Shown: in pieces, positions 1 to 12,597 of the stretch
Numbering within the stretch: the first letter of the stretch is position 1
How the letters are laid out: each line of letters starts with the position of its first letter
Assembly: GCA_038087875.1 (NCBI GenBank)
Contig: JAXLNO010004732.1
Location: 1 to 51,170, forward strand
Direction of reading: 5' to 3'
Source: Malacoraja senta
Taxonomy: Eukaryota
DNA length: 51,170 bases
Notes under the pieces: model-generated
Database searches by the model: none
The model's input: the letters and a program-made list of their open reading frames with translations, nothing else
Told to the model about the DNA's origin: nothing
Program-made: the position numbers and the translations under genes

Positions 1-1195
1 ATTTGAATAAATTATCATTAAATTTAAACAAAACCAAACTTATGCTGTTTGGAAAACGCAAAATAAATACACAAGTAAAAGTAATTATAAATAATGTTGG
101 AATAGAAAGAATGTATGAAAATAAATTTCTGGGTGTGATTCTTGATCACAAAATCTGCTGGAAACCCCATATAAAACATGTGAGAGCAAAAGTAGCACGG
201 AGTATTGGAGTGATGGGGAAAGCAAGGCATGTTTTGAATGAGAGAGCACTGTATATTCTGTACAGCTCACTTGTGTTACCGTATTTAAATTACTGTGTGG
301 AAGTATGGGGCAACACCTACAAAACCACCTTACAATCACTAAGCACACTACAAAAAAGAGCTATTCGTATAGTAAACAATGTAGGATATCATGAACACAC
401 CAATATACTGTATTTAAAATTACACACCTTAAAGATTAAGGATCTGGTAGAATTTAAGACTGCACAAATAATTTATAAAGCAAAAAATAAACTGCTACCT
501 GTAAACATATAAAAACTGTTCAAAGACAGAGAGGGGGGTTATAACTTTAGAGGGAAACTAAACTTGAAACAGCATTATGCTCGGACCAATTTAAAAAGTA
601 TGTGGATTTCCATTTGTGGGGTGGTTTTGTGGAATGGTCTTGACGAAACGATTAAACAAAGTATGAATATAATGCAATTTAAAAAAATGTACAAAAGATA
701 TATCTTTGAAAAGTACAGTAATGAGGAAGGAGAATGTAAATCTCACAGATGTTAATGGTGCTGGTTCTTTTTGTTCTTTTCTTTTTTTATTCTTTTTTTC
801 TTAATAGCTTGATTGGAGTAGTTTTATTTGAATTGTCTGTTTAGTTTATTTTATTGAATTTTGCATTTGTTAATGGTGAAGAATGGGGGTAGGACTTGAC
901 AAGCATAGGCTTCTTCCTATCCCTTTTCCAACGAGTCGAATGTGTATTATGTTGAAATTGGCTTTTGATTTTTTTANNNNNNNNNNNNNNNNNNNNNNNN
1001 NNNNNNNNNNNNNNNNNNNNNNNNNNNNNNNNNNNNNNNNNNNNNNNNNNNNNNNNNNNNNNNNNNNNNNNNNNNNNNNNNNNNNNNNNNNNNNNNNNNN
1101 NNNNNNNNNNATTGTTCATTATCATCTTTTTTTTCTTCTTGTTTTGATCGTTCAAAATAAAAATAAAAATAAATAAATAAATAAAAAGAAAAAGA
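1..1195 (+). mobile_element. 3' part of an L2/CR1-group (Crack-like) LINE: RT C-terminus, 3'UTR and A-rich tail, inserted into the CR1 at 1196
   Basis: ORF 3-512 (KTKLMLF...KFLGVILD..ICWKPHI...LYSSLVLPYLNYCVEVWG) is typical of the post-RT region of L2/CR1-group LINEs. AATAAA-rich tail at ~1155-1195 abuts CR1 RT sequence. The element spans the N gap. Confidence 0.75.
977..1110. other. Assembly gap (134 N)
   Basis: Run of N in the sequence. Confidence 1.
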
Positions 1196-2364
1196 AAATC
1201 TACTTCATTATCCACAACACCACCTATCTTAGTATCATCTGCATACTTACTAATCCAATTTTCCACACCATCATCCAGATCATTGATGTACACGACAAAC
1301 AACAGTGGACCCAACACAGACCCCTGAGGCACCCCACTAGTCACCGGCCTCCAACCTGACAAACAGCCATCCACCATTACTCTCTGGCATCTCCCATTCA
1401 GCCACTATTGAATCCATCTTGCTACTCCACCATTAATACCCAACAATTGAATCTTCTTAACCAACCTTCCATGAGGAACCTTGTCAAAGGCCTTACTGAA
1501 GTCCATATAGACAACATCCACTGCTTTACCCTCATCAATTTCCCTAGTAACCTCTTCGAAAAATTCAAGATTAGTCAAACATGACCTTCCAGGCACAAAT
1601 CCATGTTGACTGTTGTTAATCAGACCCTGTTTATCCAGATGCTTATATATATTATCCCTAAGTATCCTTTCCATTAATTTGCCCACCACTGACGTCAAAC
1701 TAACAGGTCTATAATTGCTAGGTTTACTCTTAGAACCCTTTTTAAAGAATGGAACAACATGCGCAGTACGCCAATCCTCCGGCACTATTCCTGTTTCTAA
1801 TGACATTTGAAATATTTCTGTCATAGCCCCTGCTATTTCTACACTAACTTCTCTCAATGTCCTAGGGAATATCCTGTCAGGACCTGGAGACTTATCCGTT
1901 TTCATATTTTTCAAACGTGTCCACACTTCCTCTTCTTTGAATCTCATAGTTTCCATTGCTACTCTGCTTGTTTCCCTTACCTCACATAATTCAATATCCT
2001 TCTCCTTGGTGAATATCGAAGAAAAAAAATTGTTCAATATCTCCCCCATCTCTTTTGGCTCTGCAGATAGCTGTCCACCCTGACTCTCAAATTGACCAAT
2101 ATTATTCCTTGTTATCCTTTTGCTATTAATATAGCTGCAGAAACCCTTTAGGTTTACTTTCACCTTACTTGCCAAAGCAACCTCATATCTTCTTTTAGCT
2201 TTTCTAATTTCTTTCTTAATATTATTTTAAATTCTTTATACTCCTGCAGCACCTCATTTACTCCATGCCGCCTATAATTATTGTAGATCTCTCTCTTTTT
2301 CCGAACCAAGTGTCCAATTTCCCTTGAAAACCATGGCTCTTTCCAATTTTTACTATTTCCTTTC
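1196..2364 (-). mobile_element. CR1 LINE copy A, ORF2 reverse-transcriptase region (disrupted)
   Basis: ORFs 1405-2175 (KSPGPD, NYRPVSLTS, QHGF, YMDFSKAFDKVPH) and 841-1377 ([14 protein letters not shown]) are CR1 RT motifs. Confidence 0.95.
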
Positions 2365-2976
2365 ATAGATACATAGATACATAGAAAATAGGTGCAGGAG
2401 TAGGCCATTCGGCCCTTCGAGCCTGCACCACCATTCAATATGATCATGGCTGATCATCCAACTCAGTATCCCGTACCTGCCTTCTCTCCATACCCCCTGA
2501 TCCCCTTAGCCACAAGGGCCACATCTAACTCCCTCTTAAATATTGCCAATGAACTGGCCTCAACTACCCTCTGTGGCAGAGAGTTCTAGAGATTCAGCAC
2601 TCTCTGTGTGAAAAAGTTTTCCTCATCTCGGTCTTAAACGATTTCCCCCTTATCCTTAAGCTGTGACCCCTTGTCCTGGACTTCCCCAACATCGGGAACA
2701 ATCTTCCTGCATCTAGCCTCTCCATTTTGTACGTTTCTATAAGATCCCCTCTCAATCTCCTAAATTCTAGCGAGTATAAGCCAAGTCTATCCAGTCTTTC
2801 TTCATATGAAAGTCCTGACATCCCAGGAGTCAGTCTGGTGAACCTTCTCTGCACTACCTCTATGGCTATAATGTCCTTCCTCAGATTTGGAGACCAAAAC
2901 TGTACGCAATACTCCAGGTGTGGTCTCACCAAGACCCTGTACAACTGCAGTAGAACCTCCCTGCTCCTATACTCAA
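2365..2976 (-). mobile_element. 5'-truncated CR1 copy B (3' end with TCTATGTA-type tail) nested in copy A
   Basis: ORF 2594-2944 (LVRPHLEYCVQFWSP...RTRGHSL); tail repeat atagatac at 2365-2385. Copy A ORF2 is continuous across it (YVPVR | LKGNSKNWKEPW). Confidence 0.9.
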
Positions 2977-4781
2977 CCGAACAGGGACATAAAGATTCTG
3001 TACTCTTAAAATTTCACCTTTAAATGTCCTCCATTTCTCTTCTACATCCTTCCCATAAAACAACATGTCCCAATTCACTCCTTTTAAATCCTTTCGCATC
3101 TCCTCAAAGTTAGCCTTTCTCCAGTCAAAAATCTCAACCTTAGGGCCAGTTCTGACCCTCTCCATAATTATATTGAAACTAATGGTATTGTGATCACTGG
3201 ACCCAAAGTGCTCCCCAACGCATACCTCCGCCACCTGCCCTGTCTCATTTCCTAACAGGAGGTCCAGCACTGCCCCTTCTCTTGTAGGTACCTCTATGTA
3301 TTGCTGCAAAAAACTATCCTGCACACATTTTACAAACTCCAAACCATCCAGCCCTTTTACAGAATGTGTTTCCCAGTCTATATGTGGAAAATTGAAATCT
3401 CCCACAATCACTACCTTGTGCTTACTACTAATATCTGCTATCTCCTTACATATTTGCTCTTCCAATTCTCGCTCTCCATTAGGCGGTCTATAATGCACCC
3501 CTATAAGTGTTGCTACCCCTTTCCCATTTCTCAGTTCCACCCAAATAGCCTCCCTAGACGAGCCCTCTAATCTATCCTGCCAAAGCACTGCTGTAATATC
3601 TTCCTTGACAAGCAATGCAACACCCCCACCTCTTGCCCCTCCAACTCTATCACACCTAAAGCAACGAAATCCTGGAATATTTAGTTTCCACTCACAGCCC
3701 TCCTGCAACCATGTTTCACTGATCGCCACATCATACTTCCAGGTGTCAATCCAGGCTCTAAGCTCATCCACCTTTCTTACAATGCTCCTAGCATTTAAAT
3801 ATACACATTTAAGAAACCCCACCACCACTTATTCGCTGTTTATTATCTTTTTCTTCTTTCTCCCCTACATTTTGGGTCCGAGTGCTTCCCTTCTCTGCCT
3901 CCTGCCTCACACCCTGACTACTAGCTTTCCCTATTCGAGTCCCTCCCCCCAACCGTTCTAGTTTAAAGTCTCCCCAGTTGCCTTTGCAAATCTCCCGCCA
4001 GGATATTGGTCCCCCTCGGGTTCAAGTGCAACCCGTCCTTTTTGTACAGGTCACACCTTCCCCAAAAGAGGTCCCAATGATCCAGAAACTTGAATCCCTG
4101 CCCGCTGCACCAGTCCCTCAGCCACGCATTTATCCTCCACCTCATTCCATTCCTACTCTCACTGTCTCATGGCACAGGTAATAATCCTGAGATTGTTATA
4201 TTTGTGGTCCTTCTCCTTAACTCTCCTCCCAACTCCCTAAATTCTCCTTTCAGGACCTCTTCTCTCTTTCTACCTATGTCATTGGTACCTATATGTACCA
4301 CGACCTCAGGCTCCTCTCCCTCCCATTTCAGGATATCTTGGACATGTTCAGACACATCCCTGACCCTGGCACCAGGGAGGCAAACTACCATCCGGGTCTC
4401 CTGACTGCGTCCACAGAATCACCTATCTGACCCCCTAACTATAGAGTCCCCAATTACTAATGCCCTTCTGAGCAACAGGGCCGGTCTCGTACCGGAGGCC
4501 CGGCCGCTGTCGCTACCCGCAGGAAGGCTGTCGCCCCCAACCGTACTCAAACATGAGTACTTATTGTCAAGGTGTACAACCACCGTGGTACTCACTAGTC
4601 CCTGCCTCTGCCCCTTGCCCTTCCTAACAGTGACCCACTTGCCTGCCTCCCATGGTCTTGGAGTGACCACCTCCCTATAACTCCTTTCTATAACCTCCTC
4701 ACTCTCCCTGATCAGACAGAGGTCATCGAGCTGCTGCTCCAGGTTCCTAACACGGTCCCTTAGGAGCCCCATCTGGATACA
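2977..4781 (-). mobile_element. CR1 copy A, ORF1 (coiled coil + SGNH esterase) and ORF2 endonuclease
   Basis: GDSIVRG, VHIGTND, DGLHLN (esterase); YLNARSI, SETWL, YRPP, GDFNFP, SDHN (APE endonuclease). Confidence 0.95.
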
Positions 4782-5117
4782 ATACAAAGCCTTACCCTGG
4801 ATACAATACAAAGCCTTACCCTGGATACAATACAAAGCCTTACCCTGGATACAATACAAAGCCTTACCCTGGATAGAATACAAAGCCTTACCCGGGATAC
4901 AATACAAAGCCTTACCCTGGATACAATACAAAGCCTTACCCTGGATACAATACAAAGCCTTACCCGGGATACAATACAAAGCCTTACCCTGGATACAATA
5001 CAAAGCCTTACCCTGGATACAATACAAAGCCTTACCCTGGATACAATACAAAGCCTTACCCTGGATACAATACAAAGCCTTACCCTGGGTACAATACAAT
5101 GCCTTACCCTGGGTACA
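4773..5117. repeat. 24-bp minisatellite, ~14.4 copies (CTGGATACAATACAAAGCCTTACC)
   Basis: Direct tandem copies without spacers; translates as (CIQGKALY)n on the minus strand. Confidence 0.97.
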
Positions 5118-5199
5118 AGCCAATCAGCGGCTTCCCCTAGTCCGTTTCCACCAATCAGTGGCTTCCTCAAGCCCACTTAATTTGAAGTGTGAACTGCGG

Positions 5200-5640
5200 A
5201 TGGAATACTCCAGATGTGGTCTCACCAGGGCCCTGTACAACTGCAGAAGGACCTCTTTGCTCCTATACTCAACTCCTCTTGTTATGAAGGCCAACAGGCC
5301 CAAACTGTACACAATACTCCCAGGTGTGGTCTCACCAGGGCCCTGTACAACTGCAGAAGGACCTCTTTGCTCCTATACTCAACTCCTCTTGTTATGAAGG
5401 CCAACAGGCCCAAACTGCACACAATACTCCAGGTGTGGTCTCACTAGGGCCCTGTACAACTGCAGAAGGACCTCTTTGCTCCTATACAAAATGTAAAGCA
5501 CTTTGGCCAACGAGAGTTGTTTTTTAAATGTGTTATATAAAATAAATGTGACTTGACTTGACTTGATACTCAACTACTCTTGTTATGAAGGCCAACAGGC
5601 CAAAACTGCACACCATACTCCAGGTGTAGTCTCATTAGGG
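5200..5640 (-). repeat. ~110-bp CR1 RT fragment tandemly repeated about 4 times, interrupted by a short (GACTT)n-tailed insert at ~5489-5566
   Basis: Recurrent caatactccaggtgtggtctcaccagggccctgtacaactgcagaaggacctctttgctcctatactcaactcctcttgttatgaaggccaacagg units. Confidence 0.85.
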
Positions 5641-5935
5641 ATGGAGTGAGAGGGAGTGAGAGAGGGGCAGAGTGGGAGGGGGAGAGGGGGGAGTGAGGGA
5701 GAGGGGGGGGATGAAGAGGGGGAGAGAGGGGAGAGAGGAAGGGGTAGAGAGACGCAGAGAGGGGGAGGGAGAGAGGGGGGGGAGAGGGGAGAAGAGAGGG
5801 GGGAGAGAGAGGGGGGGAGAGAGAGGGGGGAGAGAGAGGGGGAGAGAGAGAGGGGAGCGAGAGAGGGGGGGTGAGAGGGGGGTGAGTGAGGGGGGAGAGA
5901 GAGGGGGAGAGAGAGGGGGTGAGAGAGGGGGAGAT
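5641..5935. repeat. GA-rich low-complexity tract
   Basis: Almost purely G/A; a similar tract lies at ~6520-6660. Confidence 0.95.
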
Positions 5936-6084
5936 AGGTCAGCCAGGGTTGCAAGACGGAGTGGACTCGGTAAGTTGGCGATATGCAGAGAACTGCCCTG
6001 CTGACTACAAATTCAGAAAGGTCCAATGCAGACAATGCCAAGTGTGGGCTAGCAGTAGTGAAATGGGCTGAAGGGCCTTTTCCG

Positions 6085-6360
6085 GATGCTCCAGGCTCCC
6101 CGCATCCACCACGTTGTCCTGCAAGGTCAGTTTGGTGACTTTGGGGGAATTTTTGGGGCAAATGGTTTGGAAATGAGACAGGAATCGGCCTGCAAGGGTC
6201 ACATTAAGCGTGGATAAAGTGTGGTTATAAAGTGTGGGAACCGCCTGCCAGCGCCTGTGCATGCTCCCCCTGCTGCATTATAGTGAATGCATGCATCACT
6301 GGCTGCATTGCTGCCCCCCCGCTGCATGGTAGCGCTTTTATCTTTACCTGCTCTTCACAG
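6085..6360 (+). repeat. Unclassified interspersed repeat, homologous to 50346-51095 (minus strand)
   Basis: Shared blocks: ctccc..catcc..gttgtc..gcaaggtc, aaatggtttggaaat.agacag, cctgtgcatg.tccccctgctgcatta, and gcttttatc.ttacctgctcttcac. Confidence 0.8.
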
Positions 6361-6974
6361 CTGCATTCCCCGAGGCGATTCCGGCGGGAGAGGGGACGCT
6401 TTAGGGCTGCGCACCGGGGCTGGCAAAGCGGGACGGCGGATCTCAGGCGTCCGGGTGGAGGGCGAAAACGGCGAATGTTGGTTCCGGGGTGTTTTTGTTG
6501 TTTTTTTGGTGCATTGAGGGTGGGGTGGAGAGGAAAAAGGAGGGAGGGGAGGGAAGAGAGGGAGAGAGGAATAGAGGGAATGAGGAAGAGAGGGATAGAG
6601 AGAGAGAGAGGGAAGAGAGGGAGAGAGGAGAGAGAGGGGTGACAGAGAGGGATAGAGAAGTATCATTGGGCGCTGTCTGTACGGGGTTTGCACGTTCTCT
6701 CTCCCCTTGACATGCGTGGGTTTTCTCCGGGCGCTCCGGTTTCCTCCCTCCAGGGCCGGATTTACGTATGAGCCAGACAAGCTTAAGTTTATAGCCTCGA
6801 GATCTAGGGGGGACTCGGCCCGCTCCACCAAGGTGTGTTAAACTTTTGACATAGTGGCGTTGTCACAAACCCTCCCATCGGTGGTGCTGTGCTTGCGATT
6901 CAGGAGGCTTTGGTGGTGTGGGGGGGGGGGGGGGGAATAAAATGCAGATGAGGTTATTTTCGTTGTGGAGAGGA

Positions 6975-7726
6975 CAGAAACATAGAAAATAGGTGCAGGA
7001 GTAGGCCATTCGGCCCTTCGAGCCTGCACCGCCATTCAATACGATCATGGCTGATCATCCAACTCAGTATCCTGTACCTGCCTTCTCTCCATATCCCCTG
7101 ATCCCTTTAGCCACAAGGGCCACATCTAACTCCCTCTTAAATATAGCCAATGAACTGGCCTCAACTACCTTCTGTGGCAGAGAATTCCACAGATTCACCA
7201 CTCTCTGTGTGAAAAATGTTTTTCTCATCTCGGTCCTAGAAGATTTCCCCCTTATCCATAAACTGTGACCCCTTGTTCTGGACTTCCGCAACATCGGGAA
7301 CAATCTTCCTGCATCTAGCCTGTCCAACCCCTTAAGAATTTTGTAAGTTTCTATAAGATCCCCCCTCAATCTTCTAAATTCTAGCGAGTACAAGCCGAGT
7401 CTATCCAGTCTTTCTTCATATGAAAGTCCCTGACATCCCAGGAATCAGTCTGGTGAACCTTCACTGTACTCCCGCTTTGGCAAGAATGTCTTTCCTCAGA
7501 TTAGGAGAACAAAACTTTACGCAATACTCCAGGTGTGGTCTCACCAAGATCCTGTGCAACTGCAGTAGAACCTCCCTGCTCCTATACTCAAATCCTTTTG
7601 CTATGAATGCTAACATACCATTCGCTTTCTTCACTGCCTGCTGCACCTGCATGCCTACTTTCAATGACTGGTGTACCATGACACCCAGGTCTCGTTGCAT
7701 CTCCCCTTTTCCTAATTGGCCACCAT
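6975..7726 (-). mobile_element. 5'-truncated CR1 (RT C-terminus + 3' tail)
   Basis: ORFs 7461-7700 (QRDLGV...KKANGMLAFI...LVRPHLEYC) and 7064-7393; same 3' end as copy B. Confidence 0.92.
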
Positions 7727-8030
7727 CGCCTCAGTCCACCCACCTGCCTTCCTCCGGCCCCAACCCTCATCCTTGCCGTGTGTTCACTATCCCCCCTGAC
7801 CTCCCCCTCTCAGATACCGAACGGTCTGTCCTCAGCAGAGGCCTCACCTTTGTCCCCCTCCGTCCCCACCTCAATGAGTTCCGCGCCCGCCTCGATTTGG
7901 AGCTCTTCTTCCCTCGCCTCCGCCTCACACCGTTCTTCCACGGGAAGGAGTCCTCGCCCCCATTGATGATCCCTTTTCCCGTCTCCAACGGACCCCATCC
8001 TCTTGGACCCCCCCCCCATGGCCATTGGGA
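7727..8030 (+). mobile_element. Penelope-like element fragment (N-terminal part of the ORF)
   Basis: VFTIPPDLPLSDTERSVLSRGLTFVP...DLELFF.RLRL matches the LSKGLxFxP region of Penelope ORFs (recognised by eye). Confidence 0.75.
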
Positions 8031-8084
8031 TAGTCGATGACGGAGTTGAAGGGAAAGAGAGTAAAGGGAGGGTTAATGACCCCA

Positions 8085-8375
8085 GAATTGATCCTCTCCA
8101 CATCCACTCTATCCAAGCTTTTCACTATTTGGTATGATTCAATGAGGTCCCCCCTTATTCTTCTAAAATCCAGCGAGTACCGGTCCACTGACATCAAATG
8201 CTCATCATATGTTAATCCATTAATTCCTGGGATCATTCTTGTACACCTCTTCTGGACCCTCTATAGAGCCAGCACATCCTTCCCCAGATATGGTGCCCAA
8301 AATTGCTCACAATGCTCCAAATGTGGCTTGACTGGTGCCTTATAGAACCTCAGCATTACATCCCTGCTTGACAGG
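8085..8375 (-). mobile_element. Older CR1 3' fragment
   Basis: DVMLRFYKAPVKPHLEHCEQFWAPYL...MIPG...RIRGDLIE. Confidence 0.85.
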
Positions 8376-8689
8376 GAGAAAATGCAATTGATATCTTTCA
8401 TATTAGTTAACCATGGATTTTCTTGACCACAGTTGACAGCCCCTAATGGGATTGCATCTCTTTCACACATCTCTATAGAGCATAGCGTTAAGCTTCGAAG
8501 GGCAAAATTTACACGAGTTGTGCAGGTCAAGTGTATTTTTGCAGAGAGAGCTTGATACCTAGAATGCGCTACCAGGAGTGGTGGTAGAGGAGGACATGAT
8601 AATGGTGCTTAAGAAGGTTTTGGACAGGCTTGTGGTTATGCAGGGAATACAAGGATATGGATCACATGCAGGCAGTGGAGTTTTGGTTT

Positions 8690-8970
8690 AGTTTAGAGAT
8701 AGAGTATGGAAACAGGAACTTTGGGCCACTGAGTCCGCACTGACCAGCAATTGCCCATTCACTATTTCTGTCCGACAAGCTAGGGACAATTTACAGAAGC
8801 CAATTATCCTACAAACCTGCACGTCATTTGTATTTGGGAGGAAACTGGAGCCCCCAGAGAAAACCCACAGGGTGACAGAGGGAACGTACAAACTCCGTCC
8901 AGACAGCACTCTAGTCAGGATCAAACCCGGGTCTCTAATGCTATAAGACAGCCACTCTATCACTGTGCCT
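8690..8970 (-). mobile_element. tRNA-derived SINE (HE1/V-SINE-like)
   Basis: Read on minus: head ...agagacccgggtttgatcctgact..gtgctgtc.gg.cggagtttgtacgttc..., CR1-like tail gtttcc...tctaaactaaac. The family recurs through the window. Confidence 0.65.
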
Positions 8971-9129
8971 CTGTGTTGCCTTAGTTTAACTTGGTATCCT
9001 GTTCGACATGGACATTGCAGGCTGAAAGTCCTGTTCTTGTACTGTTCTATGTTCCATATATTCTCATTAGACAGGGCAGGGATATGTTTTCCACTCCTCC
9101 AGCCTCCATGTTGAATACTTACTCCCAGT

Positions 9130-9660
9130 TTAAATCTGATTCAATTAGTCAATCCATTTCTCCCTCCCCTCCTGCCCTGATCCCCATTCTATATCTTGAA
9201 GTAGTCATTCCCTTTTTCACTCCCTGGTCTGTCTACTATGCCCACAACTTTCCTCTACTTTCCTGTCTTGGTGCATTCAACATCTATCCATTTACCTCTT
9301 CCCTTCCCACTGTCCATAGACCCAGGTAGTTCTTCAAAGTGAAACAGCGTGAAACACTAGCACTTCCAGTCAAATCTACTGCATTTAGTTTTCATGACGT
9401 AATCTTCCACATGGCATCAATGAAACAAATTGAATGGCTACTTTCTGGAGAACCTGCATTCAATCCATGGGACTTTCTAAGATTCCTAATTCCTGCCACT
9501 CTAATTCTCCATTCAACACCCACCATGATCCATCCATCTGTACCTCTTACACTAGGATAACAAGGGTGAAAGTAACCTTGAGGACCAACAACTCAGCTTC
9601 TGTCTGGACATGTTGCAGCCTTTCAAACTCAATTCCACATTCAACGAGTTGCATTCCCTG
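9130..9660 (+). mobile_element. Degenerate Penelope 3' region (GIY-YIG side)
   Basis: Resembles ttcaa.gtgaaacagcg...cctgccact.taattctcc...ttgagga.ca.ca.ctca.ctt...ttgcagcc of chondrichthyan Penelope elements; no open frame. Confidence 0.5.
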
Positions 9661-10714
9661 TCGATAAAAGAACTGGTGATTTCAACTGTTAAGTTGAAGT
9701 CAGAAAGAACAGATGCAAGAAGTATGAAGCAGGATCCCAAGCTGAAACATTACATAACCATGTCTTCCAGATGCTGCCTGAACCACTGAGTTACACCTGC
9801 ACGTTTTTGTGTGTTTTTTAATTACAGTAAAGTTATCCACCAGCAAAATCAGGACAGCCTGACCTACTTGAGTACTGCAGTATGTGCTGCATTTTATATA
9901 ACTGTTTAGTTTCATGCATGCAGAGATGCAGTGAAATGGTTTGGATGGAACAGCAGATGCTGTACACCTCGTCCATTCTCTCCAGAGATGCTGCCTGTCC
10001 CGCTGAGTTACTCCAGCTTTTTGTGTCTATCTGCAGTGAAATGGTTGTTCTGCATTCTCCCCAGTCAAGTCATACTGTACATAAGTACAATACGTCCACT
10101 TCTGGAACAGCACGCAGAGATCCACCACATTCCAGGACTATCTTGCAGCTTTCAAGTCTCTGAGAAGTCTGATTTTGCCCTAAGGAAATACCCAATTTCT
10201 AATTTTCCCATGTTAAGGCCCAGTGTCATAACAGCACTGGATTGATGAAGTTGAGGCGCCTGCCTCAGTTTAAGTTTTTCTGTTTCAAGATTGTGACCGA
10301 ACCCTCGTCACTGGAACTGTGCCGCAGTGCCACCCATTACGTATCAGTCCCAATTATCTTTCAACATGCTGGAATCACTTGTTTTTTAAATCCTTTTTAG
10401 ACTTTTTTCATGAATTGTTCAGCATAAACAGTTATGCTACAACAAAGTTAAGCGCAGCTACCACTTAGTTCCAGATACGTAACAACACAAGAGATAGTGT
10501 TAAAAGAATGATCAAACTCACACATAGTGGTTATTAGTAACATTGCAGAGGAAACACAAGGTGCTTTCTTCTCAGCATGCTTACTACCAGTCTACCAGAG
10601 AGAGAGAGGGAGAGAGAGCTGTCTAACAAGCCTGTGGGCAGAGCCACAGTATGAGTGACACTAATCTACAGATAGGCACAGGGTAAGTTGCGGTTTATTA
10701 TTGTCACGTTTAGT

Positions 10715-10985
10715 TTCGAGGTACAGCATGGAAATAGGCCTTTTGGCCCACTGAACCTGTGCTGACTAATGACCACCCAAATATTAGTTCTATCCTACAC
10801 ACTAGGGACAATTTACAGAAGCCAAAAAACTTACAAACCTGCACGTCTTTGAATGTGACGGAACTGTAGCACCCGGAGATAACTCACATGGTCACAGAGA
10901 GAATATATGAACTCTATATAGACAGCACCCATTGTCAGGATTGAACTTTGGTCTGTGGTACTGTAAGGCAGTAACTTTCCAGGTA
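10715..10985 (-). mobile_element. tRNA-derived SINE, same family as 8690-8970
   Basis: Same head/body/tail motifs. Confidence 0.6.
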
Positions 10986-12255
10986 GTTGCATGCTATCCA
11001 ATTGGATGAGATAACAACATACATATATATGATCAAGTTAACTCAAGTACTGAAGGTAGAGCAAAGGGGAAGGTACAGAGTGTGGCATATAGTTCTCAGC
11101 AATGTAGCACACCAGTTCCATTAGATAAGGGTCTCGACACAAAACGTGACACATTCCTTCTCTCCAGAGATGCTGCCTGACCCGTTGAGTTACTCTAGCA
11201 TTTTGTGTCTATCTGCGGTTTATACCAGCATCTACAGTTCCTTCCTGCATAGTTCCATAAACAAAGTCCACTGTCTGTAATGGGGTAGTGGTCAATTGGA
11301 CAGTACCCTAGCTTATGGAACGATCATTCAGAAGCCTGGTTTTCTCCTCAGTTATCAAGTTTCCGAGTAAGCCATTTGGTCCTCTAACCTGCCCACCATT
11401 CAATATGACCATGGCTGATGTTCCTCAGGCATCAACTCCTGTTCGGTGCCAGTTCCTCATTGCACTCAATTTTCCAATCTTTCAAAAGTTTAACTACCGC
11501 CATATTAAATACTTCCAATGATTTTGTCTTCACAAATCTCTGGCGCCAGAGAATGACCACACTCTGCAAAAAGAGATTTTGTAAACAAATGACTGGTCTC
11601 TTTTATCTCTTATTGAAGAGGAGTGAAAATACTGCCAATTTTAAGCTTGTCCCCTCCCCAATTGACGCTCATTTTGTAACTTGTCAATTATTTATTATTG
11701 TCAATAATATGCCCGAGTGAAAAGATTTGCCGTTGGTATTAGTTTATTATTGCCACGTGAACTGTGATATAGTCAAAAGTTTTTTCTGTGTGTTATCCAA
11801 TCAGATCATACTTCACATGTGCAATCAAGCCATCCACAAGTAGATCAGTGCAAAGAGAAAACTACTCAGAGTGCAGAATATCGGTTTACAATATCATAGC
11901 ATTACAGTTACAGAGAAAGTGCAGATCAAAAAGAGTTGCAAGGATCACAATGAGATTGGTTGGAAGATCAGGACAACATCTTATCTTACATGAGAATCAT
12001 TCAGTAGTCCAATAACAGTGGGGAAGTAGCTGTTCCTGAATTTAATGGTACATACTTTCAAACTTTCTTGTGTACTGTCTTAACAGGGAGGGTACGATCC
12101 CTTTTAAACCTCGTGGTTGGTTGATGGTGACGAAAGAGGCAAAATGGGGCAGATGTGGACAGTAACTTGGTGGTTGTAGTAGACTGAAGAATATTTTGTG
12201 ATGGGTGACTGCAAGTTTTACTGAAGGTGAAAATAACCATCTTACTGTCTTGTAG

Positions 12256-12522
12256 TTTCCCCTGAGGTCACTCTTGCTGCCCGCCCTGATGATCATTCAG
12301 TCCTGTACTGCACTGTGTTTGGATTTTACCCACCGGCCATCAAAGTCAGCTGGTTGCAGAATGGTCAACATGTCTCTGAGACAAAATCTTCTGGGGTCAT
12401 ACCCAACAACGATGGAACATATCATCTAAGGTCTGTCCTTGAGTATGATCCATATGATTGGAAACGGTATTCCTGTCATGTCGATCACAGCAGCCTGCCC
12501 GGTGGGAAGACCATCATCTGGG
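12256..12522 (+). CDS. MHC class I heavy-chain-like gene, alpha-3 (Ig C1-set) exon
   Basis: Acceptor tcttgtag| and donor |gtaag; 267 bp, phase 1-1. Encodes SPEVTLAARPDDHSVLYCTVFGFYPPAIKVSWLQNGQHVSETKSSGVIPNNDGTYHLRSVLEYDPYDWKRYSCHVDHSSLPGGKTIIW: C..GFYP, W, PNxDGTY and YSCxVxHSSL motifs, with 54 aa between the cysteines. Confidence 0.88.
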
Positions 12523-12597
12523 GTAAGAACGTTAAATATTCTTTCATAGATAATCATTATCTTCTGTTGATTCCATTTGAGTCATTGTGACTACATC

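Noticed and set aside
4773-5117. Regular 24-bp repeats as a CRISPR array
   Set aside because: Units are contiguous with no unique spacers, there are no cas genes, and the context is eukaryotic.
5583-6161. Pro/Ser-rich and Gly/Arg/Glu-rich ORFs (also 6232-6831 and 49313-49634)
   Set aside because: Artefacts of GA/CT low-complexity tracts.
10651-10682. ATG...GGCACAGG|gtaag as the leader or alpha-2 exon of the MHC gene
   Set aside because: The only open reading ends in phase 2, incompatible with the phase-1 alpha-3 acceptor; the peptide is neither a signal peptide nor alpha-2-like.
11352-11366. Apparent 15-nt micro-exon (ctcag|TTATCAAGTTTCCGA|gtaag)
   Set aside because: It lies at a junction of repeat fragments and has no independent support.
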